A stretch of DNA of 64,000 nt, taken from assembly GCA_037917685.1 (NCBI GenBank), contig JAVCBU010000014.1, positions 1 through 64,000 on the forward strand. The letters run 5' to 3'. Every line of letters starts with the position of its first letter. Position 1 is the first letter of the stretch. This document shows, piece by piece, positions 39,587 through 48,123 of this stretch. Below the pieces are notes generated by a model. That model was given only the letters and a program-made list of their open reading frames with translations. It was not told the origin of the DNA and searched no databases. The position numbers and the translations under genes are program-made. The DNA comes from Thermoproteota archaeon (GTDB taxonomy: Archaea > Korarchaeota > Korarchaeia > Korarchaeales > JAOZGB01).

Positions 39587-41470
39587 TTGTTTGGAAACAA
39601 TAAAGCATCGATGTCCAGCATTATATCGGAGGTTTACCGTGAAGTCTCCGGGGAGTCTGCCTGGAGATACGCGTCTTCAATCAGCATGCTCCACCGCATT
39701 CAAATGTCACCCGGCCTATGGGATGCGGCTAGATACGTCCGAGACCAGCTTGACAGCCTAGGAATAGAGTGTAGGCTTGAAAGCTACAGGTCAGACGGGA
39801 AAGCTGAGTATCTCGGCTTCAGAAGCCCTCCATTCTGGAAGCTAAAGAATGCCTACCTCAAGTTTACATCTCCAAAAGAAACTCTGGTCGGGCGTTCACT
39901 TGACCATCCAGTTATCGTGGTAGCCCATAGTCCATCTACAGAAGGAATCCTGGAAGCTGAGGTTGTTGACGTTGGGGAAGGAGATAAAGCTGAATGCTAT
40001 CCGGACAATGTGGAAGGGAAGGTTGCCCTGGCCTCGGGAAGGCCATGGGACGTTCTCATGGAGGCCTGGAAGCACGGGGTAGCCGGCCTACTTTTCTATA
40101 GGGCTGGTGGCTACGTGGTTCCGGAGGCCTACCCGTATTTTGGCATTTTTCCCTGGGCTGAGGACACTGGGAAACTTAGACCCTCGATGACCTTGCCGTA
40201 CAAGGTTGCAATGCAGGTTAAAACCTGGCTTTCAAGGGGTAAGACTGTTAGGGTTGAGATGATGATTGACGCTGAGATGTCGGATGGTGAGATGCCTGTC
40301 ATAGAGGCGAGGGTTGGCTCGGGTGGCTCAAAGATTTTCTTTGTAGCGCATCTGTGTCACCCTCACCCGGGTGCAAATGATAATGCCTCAGGATCAGGAC
40401 TCGCAGTTGAGCTTGCCAGGGCCTCCGGTATCCTCTATGAAAGGCTGGTTTTTGACGGGCAGATTGTGTTCCTATGGGTTCCAGAGATAACTGGGACCTG
40501 CGCCTATCTTCAGTCCCACACGCATGAGGTACGAGAAGCATTAGGCTGTATAGACCTTGATATGGTAGGTGCAGATCCGTCGAAGACAGGCTCGGTTCTC
40601 ACAGTTGTTGAGCCGCCCTTTTCAAGCCCGGGTTACATACACTGGCTTATAGAGTCCGCCCTGGGAGAAGTCGTCGGCAAGCTTGGCCCCAGCCAGTTCT
40701 CAGAGGTTGAGAAACTTCCTGTTCTAAGAGTGAAACCCACAAGGTTCACGATAGGAAGTGACCATCAGATATTTGCCTCGATAGGTGTATCTTCAGTAGC
40801 CCTCATAACATGGCCGGACAGGTACTATCATTCCAGCATGGACAGGCCGGGCATGCTAAGCCCTAGAACCTTGAAAGCAGTAGGCTCATCAACACTTTCA
40901 GCTGCTATCCTGCTCCTAAAAGAGGGGAGGGAAGCCGTAAAGAGAATATGTATAAGAGCGTTGAGAAGAACCCTTGAGGTAATGGAGTCCACAACAACCA
41001 AGAAAGAGGGCTACAGGTTCATGGTGGAACTTGCCGGTAAGCAGGCTATAGATTCCCTATCAAGGATTAAAGACGAGCTGGGAGAAGGTGTTCAACTGGT
41101 AAATGAGACCATATCCCTAATTGAAAAGTCAACAGAATACTTCAAAGTCCTCCTCCCGGACAGACATGTTAGACCTCCCAATAGTAGGATGGGATGGAAG
41201 CCCATAAAAACAAAATTACACTTCAACAGGAGAAGACTTGTAAAACACATGAGTCCAGAACTCCTCAGAAAGTACAGGGAAACCTTATGGGAGGACAAGT
41301 CCCTAAACGTCAAGCTGTGGGAGGCATGGAATCTGTCAAACGGTAGAAGAACCATAGACGAAATCCACAGAATAGTTGAAGCTGAATATAACCGGTTAGA
41401 CAGGGACTTTCTGCTAGAAATCTTCAACACCATGGTTAAAGCCGGCTTCATAGCGAAATGCCGCATTTGA
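39587..41470 (+). CDS. M28-family aminopeptidase-like protein (DUF4910, PA domain, C-terminal wHTH)
   Basis: AHLCHP..GANDNASG, PEITG, DMVG, GSDH, YYHSS.D. Confidence 0.85.
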   Translation: MFGNNKASMSSIISEVYREVSGESAWRYASSISMLHRIQMSPGLWDAARYVRDQLDSLGIECRLESYRSDGKAEYLGFRSPPFWKLKNAYLKFTSPKETLVGRSLDHPVIVVAHSPSTEGILEAEVVDVGEGDKAECYPDNVEGKVALASGRPWDVLMEAWKHGVAGLLFYRAGGYVVPEAYPYFGIFPWAEDTGKLRPSMTLPYKVAMQVKTWLSRGKTVRVEMMIDAEMSDGEMPVIEARVGSGGSKIFFVAHLCHPHPGANDNASGSGLAVELARASGILYERLVFDGQIVFLWVPEITGTCAYLQSHTHEVREALGCIDLDMVGADPSKTGSVLTVVEPPFSSPGYIHWLIESALGEVVGKLGPSQFSEVEKLPVLRVKPTRFTIGSDHQIFASIGVSSVALITWPDRYYHSSMDRPGMLSPRTLKAVGSSTLSAAILLLKEGREAVKRICIRALRRTLEVMESTTTKKEGYRFMVELAGKQAIDSLSRIKDELGEGVQLVNETISLIEKSTEYFKVLLPDRHVRPPNSRMGWKPIKTKLHFNRRRLVKHMSPELLRKYRETLWEDKSLNVKLWEAWNLSNGRRTIDEIHRIVEAEYNRLDRDFLLEIFNTMVKAGFIAKCRI

Positions 41471-41603
41471 AACTCTCATTCCAAAATTCCACGGGAAACA
41501 GTATGGCAGGGACGAGGGCATGGAACTACTCCAGAGTATGCTTGAGGGCGACTAACTGTATAGGCCTATACGATTTAATTTAAGGCCAGCCTAGAATTCG
41601 CGG

Positions 41604-42527
41604 TTGGCCATGAAATACTTGAAGATTCTTTGGCTCCTTGTTCCAGCCATCCTGATCTCTATACACCTTCTATCCAGGATTAGAAAACATGAAGCGGACA
41701 GGCTACAAACAAGCGCAGCTGTCAGCGGTGTAGTCAAGCTTGGCAAGTTTACGGTGATCATAGACAACAATGTAGGCGGCACCAGACTACTAACTCGTTG
41801 GGGATTATCGATTCTCGTGGAGGCTGACAATTATACAGTTCTATTTGACACCGGGCCAGATCCTGATGCTTTAAGGCTAAACATGCAGGCTCTAGGCATA
41901 AACGCTGAAAAAATTGACGCTGTGTTTATATCTCACGGGCACCATGACCACATAGGAGGCATCAGCTATATAGCTGCGGTTAGGAAGGACATATCTGTTT
42001 ATTTACCAGCCCACATCGGCAAAAGCGTGAAAGAAGAACTGGAAAAAGTAGGATTTAAAGTATTTGAGGTTTCAGGGCCTACCGAGATATACCCTGGAAT
42101 CCTATCCTTAGGCGAGATGTACTGCCCTCCATACGAGCATTCCCTCGCCATCTGCTTTAGGGAGGGCGTTGTTATAGTGGTAGGGTGCAGCCATCCCGGT
42201 ATCGAGAAAATAGTGTATAGGGCATCCGAGATAACTGGTAAGCCTGTTATAATGGTTATCGGCGGCTTCCACCTTGGCAGGGTTTCGCAGGAAAGACTTG
42301 AAAGTGTTGTGGAAGCCTTCAGAACGGCCGGTGTTAAAGCTGTGTTTCCAATCCACTGTTCGGGGGACAACGCTAGAAAATACTTTAAGGCTAAGCTAGG
42401 AGAAGCCTACATGGACGGCCATGTTGGAGTAAAAGTGGCCGTTCAAAATGGCGTGGTGAAAGTTATAGAGGAAAACCGTGTATTAGGCAGTCTAGCATAT
42501 CTATCAGGTTTTAAAGTTTTAATTTAG
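41604..42527 (+). CDS. MBL-fold metallo-hydrolase with N-terminal TM/signal
   Basis: FDTG, SHGHHDHIGG, GCSHPG, GGFH, HCSG. Confidence 0.88.
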   Translation: MAMKYLKILWLLVPAILISIHLLSRIRKHEADRLQTSAAVSGVVKLGKFTVIIDNNVGGTRLLTRWGLSILVEADNYTVLFDTGPDPDALRLNMQALGINAEKIDAVFISHGHHDHIGGISYIAAVRKDISVYLPAHIGKSVKEELEKVGFKVFEVSGPTEIYPGILSLGEMYCPPYEHSLAICFREGVVIVVGCSHPGIEKIVYRASEITGKPVIMVIGGFHLGRVSQERLESVVEAFRTAGVKAVFPIHCSGDNARKYFKAKLGEAYMDGHVGVKVAVQNGVVKVIEENRVLGSLAYLSGFKVLI

Positions 42528-42571
42528 AAAGATTTTAAATCTTAAAACGTTGAGAGTGTAGAGGTCATACT

Positions 42572-43009
42572 ATGGATTATAGGAAGGAGCTGGAGATCTA
42601 CGTGTCTTATTGTGGGTCCTATTGCCATACTTGTGCGTGGTTTACAGGGGAGATTAGAAGGGTGTTTAAAGAAGCATTACACGCGTTCGACGAGTACGGG
42701 CTCAGGCGTAGGCTTGCTGGGACCGTTGATGCAGACGCCTTTAGAAACGGCCTGATAAGGCTTTCGGAATCTGGAATATGCTCCGGCTGCAAAGCTGAGG
42801 TTAAGGAGAAGCCTGAGGAGGACAGGTGTAAAATCAGGCAGTGTGCACACTCCAAGGGTTACCAACTATGTTCCGAGTGCCCAGATTTCCCGTGCAACAT
42901 GCTTAAAACCCATCCTGGGGTTGTAAAGTTCGGTTGCATAGAAAATCTTAGAGAGATAAAGGAGAAAGGCATTGAAAAATGGGTTAAAAAACAGTGGGAG
43001 ATACCATAG
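42572..43009 (+). CDS. DUF3795 Cys-rich protein
   Basis: YCGSYCHTC, CSGC, CKIRQC, CSECPDFPC. Confidence 0.85.
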   Translation: MDYRKELEIYVSYCGSYCHTCAWFTGEIRRVFKEALHAFDEYGLRRRLAGTVDADAFRNGLIRLSESGICSGCKAEVKEKPEEDRCKIRQCAHSKGYQLCSECPDFPCNMLKTHPGVVKFGCIENLREIKEKGIEKWVKKQWEIP

Positions 43010-43135
43010 CGCGTGCGATCACACATTTCAATGCAATGCAGAGGTTACAGTAGTAAAATCCCCCAATAAACCGGACCCATAGAAAGGTCAAACCTTAAAT
43101 AAAGATTGCTGTACTGATGTAAGTAAGGTGATACT

Positions 43136-43201
43136 CTGGCGGGTGTGAAGACGAGCTTTGTACTGCCGGAGGATATCTACAATCAACTTAAACAGTGGTG
43201 A
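43136..43201 (+). pseudogene. RHH/CopG antitoxin-like N-terminal remnant
   Basis: LAGVKTSFVLPEDIYNQLKQW* downstream of an AGGTGA RBS. Confidence 0.4.
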
Positions 43202-43309
43202 AAGCAGATCCGAACATGTCATTTCACGTTAAACATGTCTGGCTTAGCCTACCATCATGGAGATGGAAGAGTGTATAGTTTTATAGGCTGGACACGTATA
43301 TATTAGCGT

Positions 43310-43696
43310 ATGGATAAGTATTTGCTTCTTGGACTTTTAATCATAATAGCACTTGCCCTAACCGGCCACGTGTTTATAGGGATATTCATCGCCGGACTGG
43401 TTGTAGGCTACTTTAAAACTAAGTCTGGCGACTACAAAGGCTACGGGGATGCAGCTGTAGGTACTGCTGGACTGGGGGCGATTGGAGGTTTTATAGGCGT
43501 GATACTAGCGGTACTCCTCATAGGCGTTGTTGGAGGACTCATCGCGATTATACTCTCACTATTCGGAGGACCGGCGGCTGTAATCGGTGGAATAGCAATA
43601 ATCATAGGAATAGTACTTGCAATCGGCGCGGCTATTATAGGTGCTATAGTCGGAGCTGTTGGGGGAGTTATAGGGCATTTACTGGCAGGATTATAA
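43310..43696 (+). CDS. Gly-rich small membrane protein (DUF5518-like)
   Basis: FIAGLVVGY, GAIGG, GAVGGVIG. Confidence 0.7.
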   Translation: MDKYLLLGLLIIIALALTGHVFIGIFIAGLVVGYFKTKSGDYKGYGDAAVGTAGLGAIGGFIGVILAVLLIGVVGGLIAIILSLFGGPAAVIGGIAIIIGIVLAIGAAIIGAIVGAVGGVIGHLLAGL

Positions 43697-43818
43697 TATT
43701 ATCATCCCAAAAGGTTAAAGGTCGATCCTTCACCTCAAACACGTAGCAGAACTACAAGACATGTATGGTTTTTAAGGTTAAATTGCAGTCTCAGAGTGGT
43801 GATATGTGAAAATTTATA

Positions 43819-44451
43819 TTGGATACTGAGAATATACACTATCCTATGCTTGAGGGTAAAAACAATTTCAAGTATAGATTTATAGAGCTGGGATATATCT
43901 CGGGGGTTGCCTCCATAATAACCCTGTCCATAGCTATTCTTGTATCTGTCCTTCTGAACCCATGGTTTTCCCCATGGAGACACGTGTTTAGCACGCTTGG
44001 AGGTAACCATGCGAGCTATGGATTGGTGTTTAACATGGGTCTGTTCACTTCTGGTTTAATCGGCTTCCCATTTTCCATATCCCTTGCCTTAACCGCGAGG
44101 GGGAAAGCCGGTAAGGCCTCAATATTTCCCGTATTACTCGGCTCACTTTCACTAACGATACTTGGCCTCCAGCCTATTGAGAAGCCCTATCATACTCCGA
44201 TAGCAGCTGTTCTTTATCTCTCAAGCTCGATAGGAATACCCTTGTACGCTGTTGGGATTTATGGTGAAAACGGTGTAAAAGCGAAACTTATACTTGCAAT
44301 AGCTCTTCTAAGCCAGCTTTTAGTGTGGGTGCCTAAGTGGCCTTCCGCAGGTATACCTGAAATGATAGTCTTCATTTCAACGTCTGCCTGCATCCTAATC
44401 CTCTGCTTCTACCTTAGAGGCCTGTGTAGACAGAGATCTAGCCGGGGATAG
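43819..44451 (+). CDS. DUF998-like membrane protein
   Basis: NPWFSPW..VFS.LG, FN.GL, H, IPE. Confidence 0.7.
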   Translation: MDTENIHYPMLEGKNNFKYRFIELGYISGVASIITLSIAILVSVLLNPWFSPWRHVFSTLGGNHASYGLVFNMGLFTSGLIGFPFSISLALTARGKAGKASIFPVLLGSLSLTILGLQPIEKPYHTPIAAVLYLSSSIGIPLYAVGIYGENGVKAKLILAIALLSQLLVWVPKWPSAGIPEMIVFISTSACILILCFYLRGLCRQRSSRG

Positions 44452-45613
44452 AAGACAGAATTGCAACGCAAAGGCATGCTCCTATAAGGTTTATCAGGAG
44501 CGGCGTTGAGTATCCAAACCTAGCGTAAACTAAGCCTCCTATAGTTGGTGAAATGAACGCTGAAAGCTGTCTAACCATATTAAGTCTCCCTACTTCGAAG
44601 GATCTATGTTCGGGAAGTGTGTGGCTGGCAATGTACGAGACTAGAGTGGGCACCCACAATGAAGACATTACACCTGCGAAAGCATAGCCCGCTGCAACCA
44701 TAAGCTTACTTGTAGGGTGAAGCCAGAAGGCCAAGGCTATAACCCCGAAGCACTCGCTTAGCATCAATGCACGCTTAAACCCAATCGTATCTATGAGTCT
44801 TCCGGCTGGAACCTGCAGGACTGCCCAGCTCAGGCTCATAACTGTTGAGAACAAGCTTATCTCAAGGGGTGAGTAGCCATAGGAGTCTTTAAGCATACCA
44901 TAGAGGAGGAAGAAGCCGACACCCCAGGCAAACCCGTCCGCCATAACAGCAAGGTAAAACCTCCTTATCCTTTCTATCTTTAGAAGCCCCAGGAGAAAAC
45001 CTTCCAAGCTGTACTCTTTCTCAGCCCTAAGTGTTTCCGAAAGGGAGAGCTGGTAGAGTACTACACTGGCAGCCTCGCCTATCACGCAGCCTAGGACAAT
45101 CGGCATGTATCCAAACCTGAGGGCTAGGAAGCCCCCTATAGGCGTGGATACTATGGAAACACCCCTATTAATGAATATTAGCAGGCTGTATGCAGATCCA
45201 AGTTTCTCACCTGTGGATTCCGCAATGAGGGATGCCATGGCCGGGTTCCACCTTTTAAAAGTGACTGATGAACCCATTAACAAAGCATAGCCATAAAGCC
45301 ACCCAGTCTTCCTGTTTATAAGTGAGACTATCAGGAAGAGCATAGCTATAAGCCTCATCATGCTTGAGATGACTATTACAGGCTTCCTTCCAGCCCTGTC
45401 GGAGACGTATCCTAGGACTGGGGATGCAAAAAGGCCTGAAAGATCTATTAGAGAGGCTAAAAACCCGATCATCACCATGGATGCTCCGATGTCAAGCATA
45501 AGGGGCTGCCAGAGGGCTATAAAACTACTGAAAAAGAGGGCTCCTATAAACCTACCTATCATTAACACTTTATAGTTGTCACGCTGAATGCCGCTTGACT
45601 GCAAGTTCAACAT
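44438..45613 (-). CDS. MFS transporter
   Basis: GYVSDRAGRK and GRLIDTIGFK MFS motif A; about 12 TMs. Confidence 0.88.
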   Translation of the reverse strand: MLNLQSSGIQRDNYKVLMIGRFIGALFFSSFIALWQPLMLDIGASMVMIGFLASLIDLSGLFASPVLGYVSDRAGRKPVIVISSMMRLIAMLFLIVSLINRKTGWLYGYALLMGSSVTFKRWNPAMASLIAESTGEKLGSAYSLLIFINRGVSIVSTPIGGFLALRFGYMPIVLGCVIGEAASVVLYQLSLSETLRAEKEYSLEGFLLGLLKIERIRRFYLAVMADGFAWGVGFFLLYGMLKDSYGYSPLEISLFSTVMSLSWAVLQVPAGRLIDTIGFKRALMLSECFGVIALAFWLHPTSKLMVAAGYAFAGVMSSLWVPTLVSYIASHTLPEHRSFEVGRLNMVRQLSAFISPTIGGLVYARFGYSTPLLINLIGACLCVAILSSIPG

Positions 45614-45738
45614 GCATTATCTCCATGGTAAAACTTAAAATGCAACTCTATTCTCCAGATAATGGTAGGAGACTATCTAAGGGCATACTTCAACTGGAAA
45701 CCATACACACGTATACTTGAAACATAGGGTGATGCAAG

Positions 45739-46284
45739 ATGACTGATGTAGAACTTAGGAGGAGGGTTGCCGAAAACGTTAAGAGGCTGTTAGGCTCGGT
45801 GCTAAAATTGCTGATTATAACAGTAGTACTAAAGCTTCTAGGCAGGGTAATAGGCGAAGTGGAATTTACAATCTTATTCTACACTGTTAAGGCGAATGTA
45901 ATACTCAGCATGGTGCAGATGGCTGCAACAATATACTACGGCTACTACATTTTAAGGTCAAGTATCTTCTTTATGGACAAGATTTCAAGTCTCGTTACGA
46001 AAACTCTGGGCCTGACAGAGTCCAAGCTCCCCCGTAGAATAGCTATGGACATCGTATACCTAATAGGCCTCATACTTGTATGGGAAGCCCTTGTTCCCAT
46101 GGTATCAGAGATTCCAAGGCTTGGAGGCCTAACCCTAAACGCGATTCAGGTAGTTATAATCCTCCTAGGTGCCGGAATAATATACGATACTGGAAAACAT
46201 GTTTTCACACTTCTAGAAGACAGAATAAACAGTGTCATAGACAGGCTGTCAGAGTATATCTCCAGACTGATCGCTGAAAGCTGA
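45739..46284 (+). CDS. Hypothetical membrane protein
   Basis: Four hydrophobic helices; GGTGA RBS. Confidence 0.7.
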   Translation: MTDVELRRRVAENVKRLLGSVLKLLIITVVLKLLGRVIGEVEFTILFYTVKANVILSMVQMAATIYYGYYILRSSIFFMDKISSLVTKTLGLTESKLPRRIAMDIVYLIGLILVWEALVPMVSEIPRLGGLTLNAIQVVIILLGAGIIYDTGKHVFTLLEDRINSVIDRLSEYISRLIAES

Positions 46285-46483
46285 AAGACATTAAGAGCTC
46301 TCATACAATTGTATCTCGATCTTCAGCTGTGGTCTACTGGCTGCTGTTCAACCCTTATATGGCCTCTTCACATATTCCAGCATTGTCAACCATCAGGGTA
46401 GCCATTGTTTTAAAGTAGTTAGTAATTATAATTAGAGGGGTTGCTGGCGGCCAACCCCAGGGTTATCTTCTGCCTCCCGTGGT

Positions 46484-46720
46484 ATGGGTGGTAGTATGAT
46501 AAGGAGGAAGGCCCTCATTAGACGCTTTGAAGAGGAACTTGAACTTATGGATAGGGCTCTTGGAGATGTGATAAGGATAAAGATTGAAAGGCCGCCGGAG
46601 CTTACGCCTGAAGAGTTTAAAAGCCTTGAAAATAACCCTGAATTTCTGAATGACCTAAAAGAGTTTGTTAAAGCATGGGCCATAGCGAGAAGGAAGGTGA
46701 AAGGAAGCGGTAAAGAGTAG
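46484..46720 (+). CDS. Small hypothetical helical protein
   Basis: Charged helical ORF converging on the next gene. Confidence 0.55.
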   Translation: MGGSMIRRKALIRRFEEELELMDRALGDVIRIKIERPPELTPEEFKSLENNPEFLNDLKEFVKAWAIARRKVKGSGKE

Positions 46721-46724
46721 GCTT

Positions 46725-47993
46725 CTATGCAACCTTCAGTATCAGATAGGCTGTAGTTACCATGAGCATAAGCATTGAGGGAGCTAGGTAATTCTTTAGG
46801 TAGTAGCCAACTGTTACTGGTTTACCTTCGCTCTCAAGTATCCCTGCAGCTATTACAAGGCTTGGGGATGCAAATGGCAGGAAGTTTCCCCCTATGTTAG
46901 CCCCGAAAATTATCCCCCAAACCAGTGTTCTCGTTGCCACTCCCGTCATCTCTGCAAGGTCGGCTGCCATGGAGGTTAAAAGCAGTGTTACGGGAATATT
47001 GTCAAGGAATGCCGACATTCCTGCACATATCCAGAGGTTTAAAGCTGTAGTTACAAGCCCGCCCATTCCAAGTAGCTTCCCAGCGTTCATTGCCAGCGCC
47101 TCCATAACCCCGCTGGATTCAAGTCCGCCGATTATTATGTAGAATGATGCTATGAAAAAGACGCTGCTCCAGTCAATACTCTTTAGAACAGTATCCGGCT
47201 CCATTCCGCCGAGCGTGAGCACCGCGACAGCTCCTAGAAGTGCAACTGTTTCAGGCTCCACACCAAGGAACTCCGATCCTCCAAGCAGGAAGATAACAGC
47301 TGTAAATATTATGAAAACCCTTATTAGAACCCCCTTATCTTCTATTACACTCCAGGGTTTAATCTTAATGTCAAACCTACCTCTTTCCTTCCCCCTTGAC
47401 AAGTAGAGAACTGTTACCACTGTAAGGAGGAGAACAAGGGGGGCTGAAACCCTTACAAAATCTACGAATCCTATCTTAATCCTCGATGAGACAATCATGT
47501 TGGGGATAGAACTTATCTGGAGTGTCAAACCCCCAATGTTAGACATCAGGGCTTCATCCAAAATCCACTCTCTAATGTCAACGTGGAAATACCTGGCAAT
47601 TGCAACTGTAAGAGATCCCATAATAAGCATGGCTGGAATGGTTGTCAGAAACGCTGAAAGCAGAACAGAGAGAATCATCAGTATAAAATACAGTCTTAAA
47701 ACGCTTCCCCCAGATAGTTTGACAGCTAACATGCCTATAAACTGGAATAGGCCTGACCTCCCGAAGGCTTCCACCAAAATCATGATCCCAACAATAAACA
47801 GCAGAGTCTCCATATCTACGAATTCAAGGTAGGATGAGCCGATAATAACCCCGTACCTAAGCCCAAAAAAGATTACAAGCGCAGCTCCTATGAGAGCTGC
47901 GAGAGCCCTATGAGATATCTCAGCTACAAGCAAGATTATGACAAGAATAAATATAAGGCTGAAAACTTCGAAAGGAGGCATACCCCTCACCAA
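46725..47993 (-). CDS. ArsB/NhaD/SLC13-family transporter
   Basis: LSAFLTT, SNIGG, PN, SAFLDNIP, GANIGGN. Confidence 0.88.
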   Translation of the reverse strand: MVRGMPPFEVFSLIFILVIILLVAEISHRALAALIGAALVIFFGLRYGVIIGSSYLEFVDMETLLFIVGIMILVEAFGRSGLFQFIGMLAVKLSGGSVLRLYFILMILSVLLSAFLTTIPAMLIMGSLTVAIARYFHVDIREWILDEALMSNIGGLTLQISSIPNMIVSSRIKIGFVDFVRVSAPLVLLLTVVTVLYLSRGKERGRFDIKIKPWSVIEDKGVLIRVFIIFTAVIFLLGGSEFLGVEPETVALLGAVAVLTLGGMEPDTVLKSIDWSSVFFIASFYIIIGGLESSGVMEALAMNAGKLLGMGGLVTTALNLWICAGMSAFLDNIPVTLLLTSMAADLAEMTGVATRTLVWGIIFGANIGGNFLPFASPSLVIAAGILESEGKPVTVGYYLKNYLAPSMLMLMVTTAYLILKVA

Positions 47994-48123
47994 TATTAAA
48001 TCATAATCATAATTAATATGTCAGGAAATAATAAATCTCTAATCCGAGGAAACCATCTGTAAGGCTACACTTGGCACCGGACAAATTATTATCTCAAGTC
48101 TCCTTCATCGAAGTATCTTATCT

